From an uncultured Dehalococcoidia bacterium (GTDB taxonomy: Bacteria; Chloroflexota; Dehalococcoidia; UBA2247; RBG-13-53-26): DNA of 40,359 bases. The stretch lies in contig CAYPDY010000004.1 in NCBI GenBank assembly GCA_964409515.1, positions 1-40,359 of the forward strand, given 5' to 3'. The notes beneath the pieces are model-generated. The model saw only the letters and a list, made by a program, of their open reading frames with translations, did no database searches and had not been told where the DNA came from. This document shows positions 19,001 through 27,201 of the stretch, piece by piece (the first letter of the stretch is position 1; every line of letters starts with the position of its first letter). Both the position numbers and the translations under genes were made by a program.

Positions 19001-19386
19001 TGCTGGTCACCTCGCCCGAGGACGGGGCCAATACTGGGCCTACCGTAGGAGTCTCTTGGGAAAGCCCATCCGGCGGCATGTCCCAGGTATTCGTGGACGG
19101 GGTCCGCAACGATATCACCAACGGCTTCAAATCAGACCTGTATCTGGGCGGCGGAAAGCACGAGGTCGTGGTCCGGTCCGTCGACGACTGGGGGCGGGTA
19201 TCCTACGGGCCCGCCGACCTTGACGCTCCGGTTACCATAGGCGTAGGCCCCTCCCCATGGAAGCCAGCTTGGCTGGTGCTCGGGTTGTTCGCCCTGGTGG
19301 CCGTCGTTCTGGCGCTCCTTTACCCCAGACTGCACCGGGCGTGGCGGGCACGAAGACTGCCGCACGGAGGTTCGAATGGCCACTAA
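16021..19386 (+). CDS. giant membrane-anchored FG-GAP/PQQ-like beta-propeller repeat protein (paralog 1)
   Basis: An N-terminal signal peptide (ALFVLFVALMVCCLALG) is present. Many DxDGDG-type motifs occur (DLDGDGSDEV, DVSGDGLGEL, GDSDGDGLREL, GDFNADGVSD, GDINGDGADEL), interleaved with W-containing blades (EQWRF, KEWQTRLP, LLWHYP, VVWSYEVP). The C-terminus carries a TM helix (AWLVLGLFALVAVVLALL) and a basic tail. Confidence 0.75.
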   Translation: MKIGSSARCRRALFVLFVALMVCCLALGIDALPRPWPAESNAPASEAAASPSVTCMPFGLYGDITTRPLVDRLSDGGDNLTFVGTTNGLYVVASGGRLQHFLYSPFGIRHIALIDDTTGDGTREVVVALNDTQVPALRCYDGASWEEVWRFAPMARIWDRLWVDRQSIITNLEVTGEGDSMGLLLTTGRCVLSVHAADGAEQWRFTASSALWRMVTLADLDGDGSDEVLAGCNGGDLIWLEAATGRKEWQTRLPEHENAGSGAVSHLLSDIAVLDEGEGLLATASGDGSVQMFDLRARKLMWDTLAFKDTGSNPYMSDSVLLSPTADVSGDGLGELLLSQGPDAGSYPGGDTYSGYATSGGRALCDSTGQVVWQTDSSGEESLVRPGMAFETGVFEGQPVFLDRAAYAESGAELEMVDVRDGQSVLHAVPLNAIQGHSIVVKQPAGDGYLAFSSSSDLAAISATGDLLWHYPRITIVMAERGSFVGNGTEDVLLLCGSDAGQNPGQEPVVRMLRMMDGATGAVVWSYEVPHAEWVRGGGLRSLQLTGDLAGSDGVQDIAGCRGDRAFIFSGRDGAVSSFDAGQAVSSLEVIRHGANGTAFALTTSDSAGQGYGYAAGLLILDQAGEPLWSTATAAWLGEESGSFLTLDDINSDNASDLAVFSGSRILVLGSTDNASGYDLWQTILPENGFSIRLPELVGDSDGDGLRELAYLQESSSESRESGGGFYESGPSHLLCVQSLEDRRSLVRADLQGTIRGYDLACGDFNADGVSDSVVRVLEALGSEDGYPGYRTCSRILSGKDGALIWEEATGEEGWGFSYSDGGVVFGSLLAMNAGDINGDGADELASVSGVMEGRQYGGTLRQQRLQVFDVVHDTLLKDIAATPLLQDDSGAIVDGGVDSAMQLANAGADGHGVAFMAVGEPSLPTYDPDASALFEGTGSPRHIALIDLESGRRLCAFTGFDPAGVSVLGSRIPGTLTVAACGGLCSLHLDADLLVTSPEDGANTGPTVGVSWESPSGGMSQVFVDGVRNDITNGFKSDLYLGGGKHEVVVRSVDDWGRVSYGPADLDAPVTIGVGPSPWKPAWLVLGLFALVAVVLALLYPRLHRAWRARRLPHGGSNGH

Positions 19387-20314
19387 CGTGATAATAGAAA
19401 CCCGGGGACTGACCAAGAGATTTGGCAAGCTGGTGGCCGTGGACGGCCTCGATGTGAAGGTCGACACCGGAACGATCCACGGATTCGTGGGACCCAACGG
19501 GGCTGGAAAATCAACCACCATCAAGCTCCTGGTGGGTGCCATCAGGCGCACCAGCGGCGTGGGGTTCATCAAGGGGTACCCCATCGGTTCGGTGGACGCG
19601 CGCCGGGCCATCGGCTACTCCCCGGAGCGTCCCTCCTTCTACAAGGACTGGACCGCCTTCGACTACCTGGTCCACATGGCCGCCCTGAGCGGGATCAAGA
19701 CGGCCGAGGCCGAGCGGCGCAGCCAGGAGCTCCTGGAGTGGCTGGAGCTGAGCGACTTCGCCGGGGCCAGGGTAGGAGGATTCAGTGCCGGCATGAAGCA
19801 GCGCCTGAGCATCGCCCAGGCCATGACCCACAAACCCGAGCTGCTGGTCCTGGACGAACCCACCGCCAACCTGGACCCTGATGGCCGGATGTCCCTCCTG
19901 GAAAAGCTCAAGAGCCTGCCCCGGGAACAGGGCGTGACCGTCTTCATCAGCAGCCACATCCTCTCGGAGCTGGAGTACCTGATCGATTCCGTCACCCTGA
20001 TCAACAAGGGCCGCACGGTGGCCGAGGACAGCATCAAGGACATGAAAGAGGACATGGCCCTGAACCGCTATGTCTTGAACACCTCGAACAACGAGGCGGT
20101 GATGAAGGCCTTGCAGGGGCACCCGTCCATACAGGAAATGAAGAGCGGCGCCGATGGCGTCATCCACATCAGCAGCCCCGATATGGGGAAGCTCCAGGTG
20201 GCCGTAATGGAGGCGGTGACCAAGACGGGCAGCCTGCTGAAAACCTTCGGCGAGGAACAGGTGAGGCTGGAGGACATCTACCGCAGCACCATGGACCAGG
20301 GAAAGGACAAGTAG
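19376..20314 (+). CDS. ABC transporter ATP-binding protein (ABC-2/CcmA-type)
   Basis: Walker A is GPNGAGKST, the signature is FSAGMKQRL and Walker B is LLVLDEP. The start overlaps the upstream gene by 11 nt. Confidence 0.9.
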   Translation: MATNVIIETRGLTKRFGKLVAVDGLDVKVDTGTIHGFVGPNGAGKSTTIKLLVGAIRRTSGVGFIKGYPIGSVDARRAIGYSPERPSFYKDWTAFDYLVHMAALSGIKTAEAERRSQELLEWLELSDFAGARVGGFSAGMKQRLSIAQAMTHKPELLVLDEPTANLDPDGRMSLLEKLKSLPREQGVTVFISSHILSELEYLIDSVTLINKGRTVAEDSIKDMKEDMALNRYVLNTSNNEAVMKALQGHPSIQEMKSGADGVIHISSPDMGKLQVAVMEAVTKTGSLLKTFGEEQVRLEDIYRSTMDQGKDK

Positions 20315-21262
20315 ATGGGAATGTTGGCCATTGTCCGAAAGACGCTCATCGACCTCACGGGCTGGAAGAGGACGCTTACCCTCCTGGTGCTCGGCCTGCT
20401 GCTGCCGGTGCTCATCGGCATTTTCTGGCGCTTTGAGTTGCAGAACGCCGGGCTGTCTCCGGAGATGGAGACCTACGTGGTGGTCAAGCACTTCATCGGC
20501 ATCTCCTTCATCTGGACCGCGGGGTTGTTCCTGGCCATGGCCGTGGTGACCAACGCCGCGGGTGCCTTGTCCAAGGAGGCCAGCGACGGCACGCTTCTCA
20601 CGCTGGTCAGCAAACCGATATCCCGCCGCCAGATCGTCCAGGGCAAGTTCGTCGCCATAGTGGCACATGCCTTCCTCATGACCGCCATCATACTGCTGGT
20701 CCAGGCCATTGTTCTCTGGTTCATGCTTCCGGTCGAGGCTCCCAGCTTCGCCGCCCTGCTGGCCGCCATCCCCTGGGTCCTGCTCTACTCGCTGCTGGTG
20801 ATCCTGGTCTTCGCCTCAGTATCACTGGCCCTGTCCTCCCTTATCGACAACCAGGTGGCCATAACGGTCCTGGCCTGCGGGGTGGTCCTGTTCATGTTCC
20901 TCTTCGGCCCCATCAGCAGCATGTTCGGCCTGCACTCGCCGTCCTACGAGAATAACCATATCTACCTGATGGACGGCTCCTACCAGCTGGGCAACGCCTT
21001 CGCGCCCGCCCTCGAACAGGCGCTCGGCGGAGAGATGCTGCCCGCCAGCGAGCTGGGAGAAATGAAGGTCTTCGCCGGCATCTTCCAGGGGGGGAGGTGG
21101 GAAGATGAGTACACGGACTGGGAGAACTCCTCGGAGTACCAGTACCCGGGGGAGCTGGCCAACTACGTGAGCCCCTGGGTATCGGTCGTTCTGCTGATGG
21201 TTCTGGCCGGCGGATCCCTGGCCGTGGCCATCGCGGCGACGGAGAGAAAGGATGTCGGGTAG
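20315..21262 (+). CDS. ABC-2 family permease with a large extracytoplasmic loop
   Basis: The gene starts on the base after the ATPase stop. It has six hydrophobic segments. A polar insert of about 80 aa (HSPSYENNHIYLMDGSYQ...EYQYPGELANYVSPW) precedes the last TM. Confidence 0.75.
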   Translation: MGMLAIVRKTLIDLTGWKRTLTLLVLGLLLPVLIGIFWRFELQNAGLSPEMETYVVVKHFIGISFIWTAGLFLAMAVVTNAAGALSKEASDGTLLTLVSKPISRRQIVQGKFVAIVAHAFLMTAIILLVQAIVLWFMLPVEAPSFAALLAAIPWVLLYSLLVILVFASVSLALSSLIDNQVAITVLACGVVLFMFLFGPISSMFGLHSPSYENNHIYLMDGSYQLGNAFAPALEQALGGEMLPASELGEMKVFAGIFQGGRWEDEYTDWENSSEYQYPGELANYVSPWVSVVLLMVLAGGSLAVAIAATERKDVG

Positions 21263-24200
21263 GGACGCGGGAATGACCAGGATTGCGCGACTGCTGGCCA
21301 TCCTGCTGATGACAGCCTGCATTATCGATGCCGGCCTGCTGGCCGGCATCGTACCACATGGCGGCCTGGCCTCACGGACTCGCGCCGCTCCTGCCGCACT
21401 GTCAGCTTCAGGTCACGGGGCGGCCGCCGCCGCCCCGTTGGCTGAGGCCTCGGTCACCTGCCAGCCCTTCGGTTTCTGTGGAGAAGGCTCGGCGGAGACG
21501 TTGGTGGCCAGCTTCAGTGACAGCAGCGGTGATCTTATCCTCCAGGGGACCTCCATCGGGCTCTATGTCCTGGGCCTGGACGGCTCCCTGCGGCATTTCC
21601 TCCACACCCCGTTCGGAGTGCGTTTCGTGGCCCTGATCGACGATATCACCGGCGACGGCAACAGGGAGGTCGTGCTGGCGCTGGGCGGCACGCAGGTGCC
21701 CGCGCTCCGCTGCTACGATGGAGCTACATGGGAGAAGCTGTGGCAGTACGCGCCGATGGTGAAGGTCTGGGACGACAGGCACTGGGTGGAGCGACAGACA
21801 TCCATCGCGAGCCTGGCGGTGATACGGGATGAGGGCTCACCGGGCCTGGCTGTGGTCTCCGAGGGGCGGGTGCTGGGCGTCGATGCCAGGGACGGCACCG
21901 AGCGCTGGCGGTCGGGCGCCACGCGCAACGCCAGCCGCCTGGAGGCCCTCGGCGATCTCGACGGCGACGGCGCCGATGAAGTCTTCGTGACCGCGACGGA
22001 CGGCCGCCTCTTCCTGCTCCATGGACGCACGGGTGAAATCGGGTGGCAGACCCGGCTCCCGGAACAGACGTCTGGCGGCGAGGTCACGCAGGCAGCGCCG
22101 GGGACCACCCTGGTGCTGGACGCCGAAGAGGGCCTGTTAGCTGTGGCCGCCACGGACGGGCTGGTGCGGTTGTATGACCTCAGGGCCAAGAGGCTGGATT
22201 GGGATGCCGGTTTCTCAGGGGACGATACGGGCTCCGTGGGCCCCATGGTGCTGGTTCCCAATGCCATGCCCGATGGCCGGCCCGGGATCCTGGCATCATA
22301 CAGCAACTCCGTTCCACTAGGTGACGGGTCCATGGAGATGCGGCAGAGGATGGCCCTGCTCGATCCCGCCGGGAACAGGCTGTGGGATAGGGATGGAGGC
22401 AACGGCTGGAGCCTCAACGTCGGCAACTTCGGGGGCCGGCCGGTCTTGATCCAGCCCGCGGAGGAGGAGATCAGACTGATCGACCTGGCCGATGGCCAGT
22501 CAGTGGTCAAGACTATAGCCACCGGCGCTCTGCAGGAAGGCGCCGGGAATGTAAGCCAGATCGGGTCGGATGCCTTCCTGGTCGGCAGTGAGATGACGGC
22601 CCTGTCCTCGACGGGAGACGTTCTGTGGCACTACCCTCTCATCGATAACGTCAGGGCAACATCCGGGGACTTCGTCGGTGACGCCACCGAGGATACTCTC
22701 TTCAGCGGTGAATGGGAAAGGGAGTCCTGGGTACGCGGTCCTGGCGTCAACGAGGACGGCATCACGCTGGCCGCTCCTCCTTACACGACCCCGGTGGAGG
22801 CGCCGGAGCCTGAGGTGCGCCTGCTGAAGGTAATGGACGGGGCGACCGGAGAGATCGCCTGGTCCTACGAGGTGCCGCCGGGCGACATGAAGGACGAGGG
22901 CGGACTGAAGGGACTGGAGATAGCCGCCAACCTGGTGGGCGATGACGGCGGCCAGGATATCGTCTGCCACCGCGGCGACTCCGTCCTCATCTTCGACGGC
23001 CAGACGGGAACGTCCTCCAGCTTCCCCACGGGTCAACCGGTGGAGTCGCTGCAGGTCATGCGGGGAGGGGGCTCCCGCAGGGCACTCGCAGTCGTCGCCG
23101 CCGACAACCTGACCATCTTCGACATCACCGGCGCCGCCCTCTGGACCACCACGGGCGCCGAATGGGTCGACGGCGAAACCGTCAGGCTCACCACCCTGGA
23201 CGACCTCAACTCCGACAATGTCAGCGACCTGGCCGTCCTCTGTGAGAGCCGGATCGTCCTTCTGGAGAGCGTTGGCAGCGCTGCCGCTTATCAGCCGCAC
23301 CTGACCTTCGATGCGGAGACGGGTTGCCTGATCGAGTTCGCGCAGGTGGTGCCCGACGCCAACGGAGACGGCGTGAGAGAGCTGGCCTACATCCAGCGGG
23401 ACCCGGGAACGCCGCAGGCTGACCAGGAGTGGGATAAGATCCCCAGCCAGCCCCCGCAGCCCCTTTTGGTGAAGCGTTCCCCGGTCGGCGGGGAGCAGCT
23501 CCTGCGAATCACTATCCCCGGATGGAACTCCGCCGTCGAGCTCTCCTCCGGAGACTTCGATGGCGACGGCTGCCCCGACGCGCTCATCTGCTGTGACTCC
23601 TACCAGATATACGGTGACCCTAGTTCCCCCGGGGAATACGGTACGGTGCTGAGGGCGGTCTCCGGCAGGGACGGGGCGACCCTGTGGGAGCACCTGTTGA
23701 CCAACAAGTCGTCCTGGACCGTGAACGGATGGAAGTCCAGCCTCCCGGCCGGCAGTGCGGGGGATGTGACTGGTGACGGCAAGGACGACCTGGGCTGGAC
23801 GTCCTACTCGTCGGTTGAGGCTTATTCCGGCTACTACTGCATCCAGCAGTATGTGGAGGTCTACGATGTGGCCCGTGACCGGCCGGTGGCCACCGTGCCG
23901 GCGAGCCCGCTGCTGGGAGAGGACGCCGGCGGGTACGGCTGGGTCGAGTACCCCCTGCTATTCCCGGGCGATGTGAATGGCGACGGCCGCGCAGAGGTGC
24001 TGGCCGGGGTGAGCGAGCCGACGACGGCCCCCCTCGTCGGGTCCCCATATGCCAACTACGTGGCCGTGCTGGACCTGCAGGCCGGCGAGCGCCTGGCGGC
24101 GTACCTGGGGTTCAGTCCGTTATCGATCTCCCTGTTTGAAACCCATCGGCCCGGGGTGCTGGGCGTGGCCGGGGCCGGCGGCATCTACTTCCTGAACACG

Positions 24201-24602
24201 GAGGCCAGCCTGCAGATCACTTCGCCGGCGCAGGGGGCGAGCACCGGGCCGACGGTGGACGTCCGGTGGGAGGGCACCGCCGAAGGGGAATTCGTCCAGG
24301 TGTTTGTCGATGGAGTGCGCAACCACACGGGCAACGGATCCGAGGTCCGGCTGTACCTGGGCCGCGGAGAGCACGATATCGTGGTCTGGTCCATGGACGA
24401 CTGCGGCCGGATACTCTACGGGCCCGCGGGCCTGGGCGTCCCGATATCGGTCAGGGTCACGGCTTCCCCCTGGAAGCCTGTCATGCTGGTGCTGACCCTG
24501 CTGGTGGTGGCAGCCTTCATCCTCGCCCTGCTCTACCCCAGGCTGCACCGCATATTGCGAGCCCGGCAGAGGGCGGCGAAGATGCAGGCCCAGCGCCCCT
24601 GA
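21252..24602 (+). CDS. giant membrane-anchored FG-GAP/PQQ-like beta-propeller repeat protein (paralog 2)
   Basis: It aligns with 16021..19386 by eye at both ends: SVTC(M/Q)PFG...LRHFL..PFG(I/V)R..ALIDD.TGDG.REVV.AL..TQVPALRCYDGA.WE at the N-terminus and VDGVRN...LYLG.G.H..VV.S.DD.GR..YGPA.L..P...SPWKP...LLYPRLHR at the C-terminus. The ATG lies after GGAGAGAAAGG and overlaps the permease by 11 nt. Confidence 0.75.
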   Translation: MSGRDAGMTRIARLLAILLMTACIIDAGLLAGIVPHGGLASRTRAAPAALSASGHGAAAAAPLAEASVTCQPFGFCGEGSAETLVASFSDSSGDLILQGTSIGLYVLGLDGSLRHFLHTPFGVRFVALIDDITGDGNREVVLALGGTQVPALRCYDGATWEKLWQYAPMVKVWDDRHWVERQTSIASLAVIRDEGSPGLAVVSEGRVLGVDARDGTERWRSGATRNASRLEALGDLDGDGADEVFVTATDGRLFLLHGRTGEIGWQTRLPEQTSGGEVTQAAPGTTLVLDAEEGLLAVAATDGLVRLYDLRAKRLDWDAGFSGDDTGSVGPMVLVPNAMPDGRPGILASYSNSVPLGDGSMEMRQRMALLDPAGNRLWDRDGGNGWSLNVGNFGGRPVLIQPAEEEIRLIDLADGQSVVKTIATGALQEGAGNVSQIGSDAFLVGSEMTALSSTGDVLWHYPLIDNVRATSGDFVGDATEDTLFSGEWERESWVRGPGVNEDGITLAAPPYTTPVEAPEPEVRLLKVMDGATGEIAWSYEVPPGDMKDEGGLKGLEIAANLVGDDGGQDIVCHRGDSVLIFDGQTGTSSSFPTGQPVESLQVMRGGGSRRALAVVAADNLTIFDITGAALWTTTGAEWVDGETVRLTTLDDLNSDNVSDLAVLCESRIVLLESVGSAAAYQPHLTFDAETGCLIEFAQVVPDANGDGVRELAYIQRDPGTPQADQEWDKIPSQPPQPLLVKRSPVGGEQLLRITIPGWNSAVELSSGDFDGDGCPDALICCDSYQIYGDPSSPGEYGTVLRAVSGRDGATLWEHLLTNKSSWTVNGWKSSLPAGSAGDVTGDGKDDLGWTSYSSVEAYSGYYCIQQYVEVYDVARDRPVATVPASPLLGEDAGGYGWVEYPLLFPGDVNGDGRAEVLAGVSEPTTAPLVGSPYANYVAVLDLQAGERLAAYLGFSPLSISLFETHRPGVLGVAGAGGIYFLNTEASLQITSPAQGASTGPTVDVRWEGTAEGEFVQVFVDGVRNHTGNGSEVRLYLGRGEHDIVVWSMDDCGRILYGPAGLGVPISVRVTASPWKPVMLVLTLLVVAAFILALLYPRLHRILRARQRAAKMQAQRP

Positions 24603-24636
24603 GACACTGAGGCCGGTGGGCGCCCCGGGGACCTGA

Positions 24637-25485
24637 TCACCACACGCCCTGCGCCAGGGGGACCGAGGCGCGCTCGGCGAGGACTATGGCATTCTTGGTG
24701 CACAGAGAGCGGCAGATGCCGCAGCCGTAGCACCGCCGGGGGTCTATGACCACCTTCTCGTGGGCAATGCTGTACCCCATGGCCCCGAACTGGCAGACCC
24801 GCATGCACTGGCGGCACCCGTTACACGCCTCGGGATTCACTTCGGCCACGTACTCCGCCCGGAACATCACCGGGAACTTCATGGTGACCGTGGACCGCAT
24901 CGCCGCGCAGTCGGACCGGTCGCAGTTGCAGATGCCGCCGATGAACGGGGTGATGAAGGTCCAGACGGTGTGGCACAGGCCCTTCCTCTCCAGGTCCCGG
25001 AGGCTGGCCAGGGCCTCTCCTTTGGACAGCGGCTCCAGCCCGCGGGTGTCCGGGCCGCTCAGGTAGCTGGCATCAATCTGCCGCACCATCTGATAGAGCC
25101 GCGATTCCTCGTGGGACACCATGCTGATTCCGTAGCAGTGCCGCTGCTCACTGCCCACCAGCGCCTGGCGGCAGATGCAGGGCAGCCTGACGACGGAGTT
25201 GATGAAGGTGAAGATGCGCTCCACCTCCTCGATGGGCACCACCTGGCCGTAGTGGGTCTTCTTCTGCCGGTTGACCGCCAGCGGATTGATGACGGACCGG
25301 ACGAACGCCGGAGCACGCTCCAGCCTCTCCAGCTTCCGTTGGCCTTCACTGATATGCTCCGGGGACCCCAGGAACTCCATGATGAAACTGCGCCGCCGCA
25401 GGTCGCTCAGCAGGTCCTCGGAGTAGTTCTCGGCCCGCAGGTACCACTTCTGGCCTTCGCCGTGCTTGTGACAGAACTCGCACAT
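24637..25485 (-). CDS. 4Fe-4S dicluster domain protein of unknown function
   Basis: The N-terminus is MCEFCHKHGEGQKWYL. The C-terminal motifs are CNGCRQCMRVCQ and CYGCGICRSLCTKNAI. The SD is GGAGGTGG. Confidence 0.65.
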   Translation of the reverse strand: MCEFCHKHGEGQKWYLRAENYSEDLLSDLRRRSFIMEFLGSPEHISEGQRKLERLERAPAFVRSVINPLAVNRQKKTHYGQVVPIEEVERIFTFINSVVRLPCICRQALVGSEQRHCYGISMVSHEESRLYQMVRQIDASYLSGPDTRGLEPLSKGEALASLRDLERKGLCHTVWTFITPFIGGICNCDRSDCAAMRSTVTMKFPVMFRAEYVAEVNPEACNGCRQCMRVCQFGAMGYSIAHEKVVIDPRRCYGCGICRSLCTKNAIVLAERASVPLAQGVW

Positions 25486-25540
25486 CTACGCCACCTCCAC
25501 AGTCCCCTGGCACCCTCTACCGCACGCCTTGCATGGCCCG

Positions 25541-25546
25541 ATTATA
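25541..25546 (-). promoter_or_regulatory. candidate -10 box (TATAAT) for the 4Fe-4S gene
   Basis: The minus strand reads TATAAT immediately after the znuB stop. No convincing -35 was found. Confidence 0.3.
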
Positions 25547-25549
25547 GCA

Positions 25550-26380
25550 TCAGGGACGCCGGGCCAGGGCCGGGCGCCGGCGCCGTTTCGGCGAGAAGGC
25601 GAAGCAGACAAAGAAGATGGCCGCCGCGGTCAGCACGATCGTAGCGCCCGACGGCAGGTCCCACCAGTAGGAGAAGAGCAGCCCGGCCACCCCGGACGCC
25701 ACACCGAATACGACGGACAGCCCCATCATGCGCCCGAAGCTGCGCGTCAGCTGGTGCGCCGCCGCCGCGGGGATGACCAGCAGCGCCTCTACCAGGATGA
25801 TGCCCACGATCTTGATGGAGACGACGACCGTCAGGGCCATCAGCGCCAGCAACAGGTAATACAGCGCCTGCACCGGCAGGCCGCTCACCGCGGCCATCTC
25901 CTCGTCGAAGCTGACGAACAGCAGCTCCTTGAACAGGAGCGCCACGGCCACGACGACCCCCAACCCCAGCCCCAGGATGAGCCACAGGTCGGAGGTTGAA
26001 ACCGCCAGTATGGAGCCGAAGAGGTAGCCGAAGAGGTCCACGTTGTAGCCCTCCTTGAGGCCAATGAAGAGGGCACCCAGCGCCATGGTGCTGGCAAAGG
26101 CGATCCCGATAGCGGTGTCCTCGGAGACCCGGCCCCTCCGGCTCACCCAGCCAATGGCCATGGCTGTCGCCAGGCAGAAGGGAATGGCCACGCCTATGGG
26201 ATCCAGGCCCAGCAGGTAGCCCAGCGCCACGCCGCCGAACGCCGAGTGGGAGATGCCGGCGCCGATGAAGGCCATCTTGCGCAGCACCACGTAGGTGCCC
26301 ACCACCGAGCAGACCACCCCGACCAGCACCGCCGCCACCAGCGCCCGCTGCATGAAGGGATAGCTCAGGACATCGCTCAT
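25550..26380 (-). CDS. znuB: metal (zinc) ABC transporter permease, ABC-3 family
   Basis: The protein starts MSDVLSYPFMQRALVAAVLVG and is multi-TM, typical of ZnuB/MntB. The start is trimmed to the ATG that forms an ATGA overlap with the znuC stop. The track ORF extends to 26476. Confidence 0.8.
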   Translation of the reverse strand: MSDVLSYPFMQRALVAAVLVGVVCSVVGTYVVLRKMAFIGAGISHSAFGGVALGYLLGLDPIGVAIPFCLATAMAIGWVSRRGRVSEDTAIGIAFASTMALGALFIGLKEGYNVDLFGYLFGSILAVSTSDLWLILGLGLGVVVAVALLFKELLFVSFDEEMAAVSGLPVQALYYLLLALMALTVVVSIKIVGIILVEALLVIPAAAAHQLTRSFGRMMGLSVVFGVASGVAGLLFSYWWDLPSGATIVLTAAAIFFVCFAFSPKRRRRPALARRP

Positions 26381-27201
26381 TTGTGCTCTCCCGGCGCTTT
26401 GTGCTCTCCCGACACCGTGTGCTCTTCCAGCACGCGGTGGGGTATCCGGCCGTGGGCCAGGAGCTCCACCTCGCACCCGTAGACCTTCTCTAGCGTGCCG
26501 GCCGTGATCACCTCGGACGGCGGCGCATGGGTGTACAGCGTCTGGTTGAGACAGGCCAGCTTCTCCACATGGGCCGACACCACCGCGATGTCATGCGTCA
26601 CCACCACTATGGTCAGGCCTTGCTGCTCCTTCAGCCCCTGCAGCAGCTCGTAGAACTTCTCTTCCCCGTACGCGTCCACGCCGGCCGCCGGCTCATCCAG
26701 GAGCAGCAGCTTCGGCTCGGTGGCCAGGGCCCGGGCAATGAGGACTCTCTGCTGCTGCCCGCCGGAAAGCTCGGCCAGCTGCCGCCGGGCGAGGTCCTGC
26801 ATCTGAACATCCTCCAGGGCGTGCATGGCCACTTCCCGGTCCGCCTTCGAGGGGCGCTTGAACAGGCCGATGCGGCCGTACCGCCCCATCAGCACCACGT
26901 CGATCACCGAAACGGGGAAGGTCCAGTCGCCCTGGCTTCTCTGCGGGACATAGCCCACCAGGTGGTGCCTGGCCCCCAGGCGGTCCGGGGGCACGCCGAA
27001 CACCTCCACCCTCCCCCGGTCCGGTTTCACCAGCCCCAGAATGACCCTGATCAGGGTCGTCTTGCCGCTGCCGTTGGGACCGATCAGCCCCAGGAACTCG
27101 CCGTCCTCGATCTCCATGTCGACGCCCTTCAAGGCCAGCGTCTCGTGATAGGTGACCCACACGTCCTCCAGCTTAACCACGCTGGCCCTGGGCCCTGTCA
27201 T
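26377..27201 (-). CDS. znuC: metal (zinc) ABC transporter ATP-binding protein
   Basis: Walker A is GPNGSGKTT, the signature is LSGGQQQRV and Walker B is LLLLDEP. Confidence 0.85.
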   Translation of the reverse strand: MTGPRASVVKLEDVWVTYHETLALKGVDMEIEDGEFLGLIGPNGSGKTTLIRVILGLVKPDRGRVEVFGVPPDRLGARHHLVGYVPQRSQGDWTFPVSVIDVVLMGRYGRIGLFKRPSKADREVAMHALEDVQMQDLARRQLAELSGGQQQRVLIARALATEPKLLLLDEPAAGVDAYGEEKFYELLQGLKEQQGLTIVVVTHDIAVVSAHVEKLACLNQTLYTHAPPSEVITAGTLEKVYGCEVELLAHGRIPHRVLEEHTVSGEHKAPGEHK

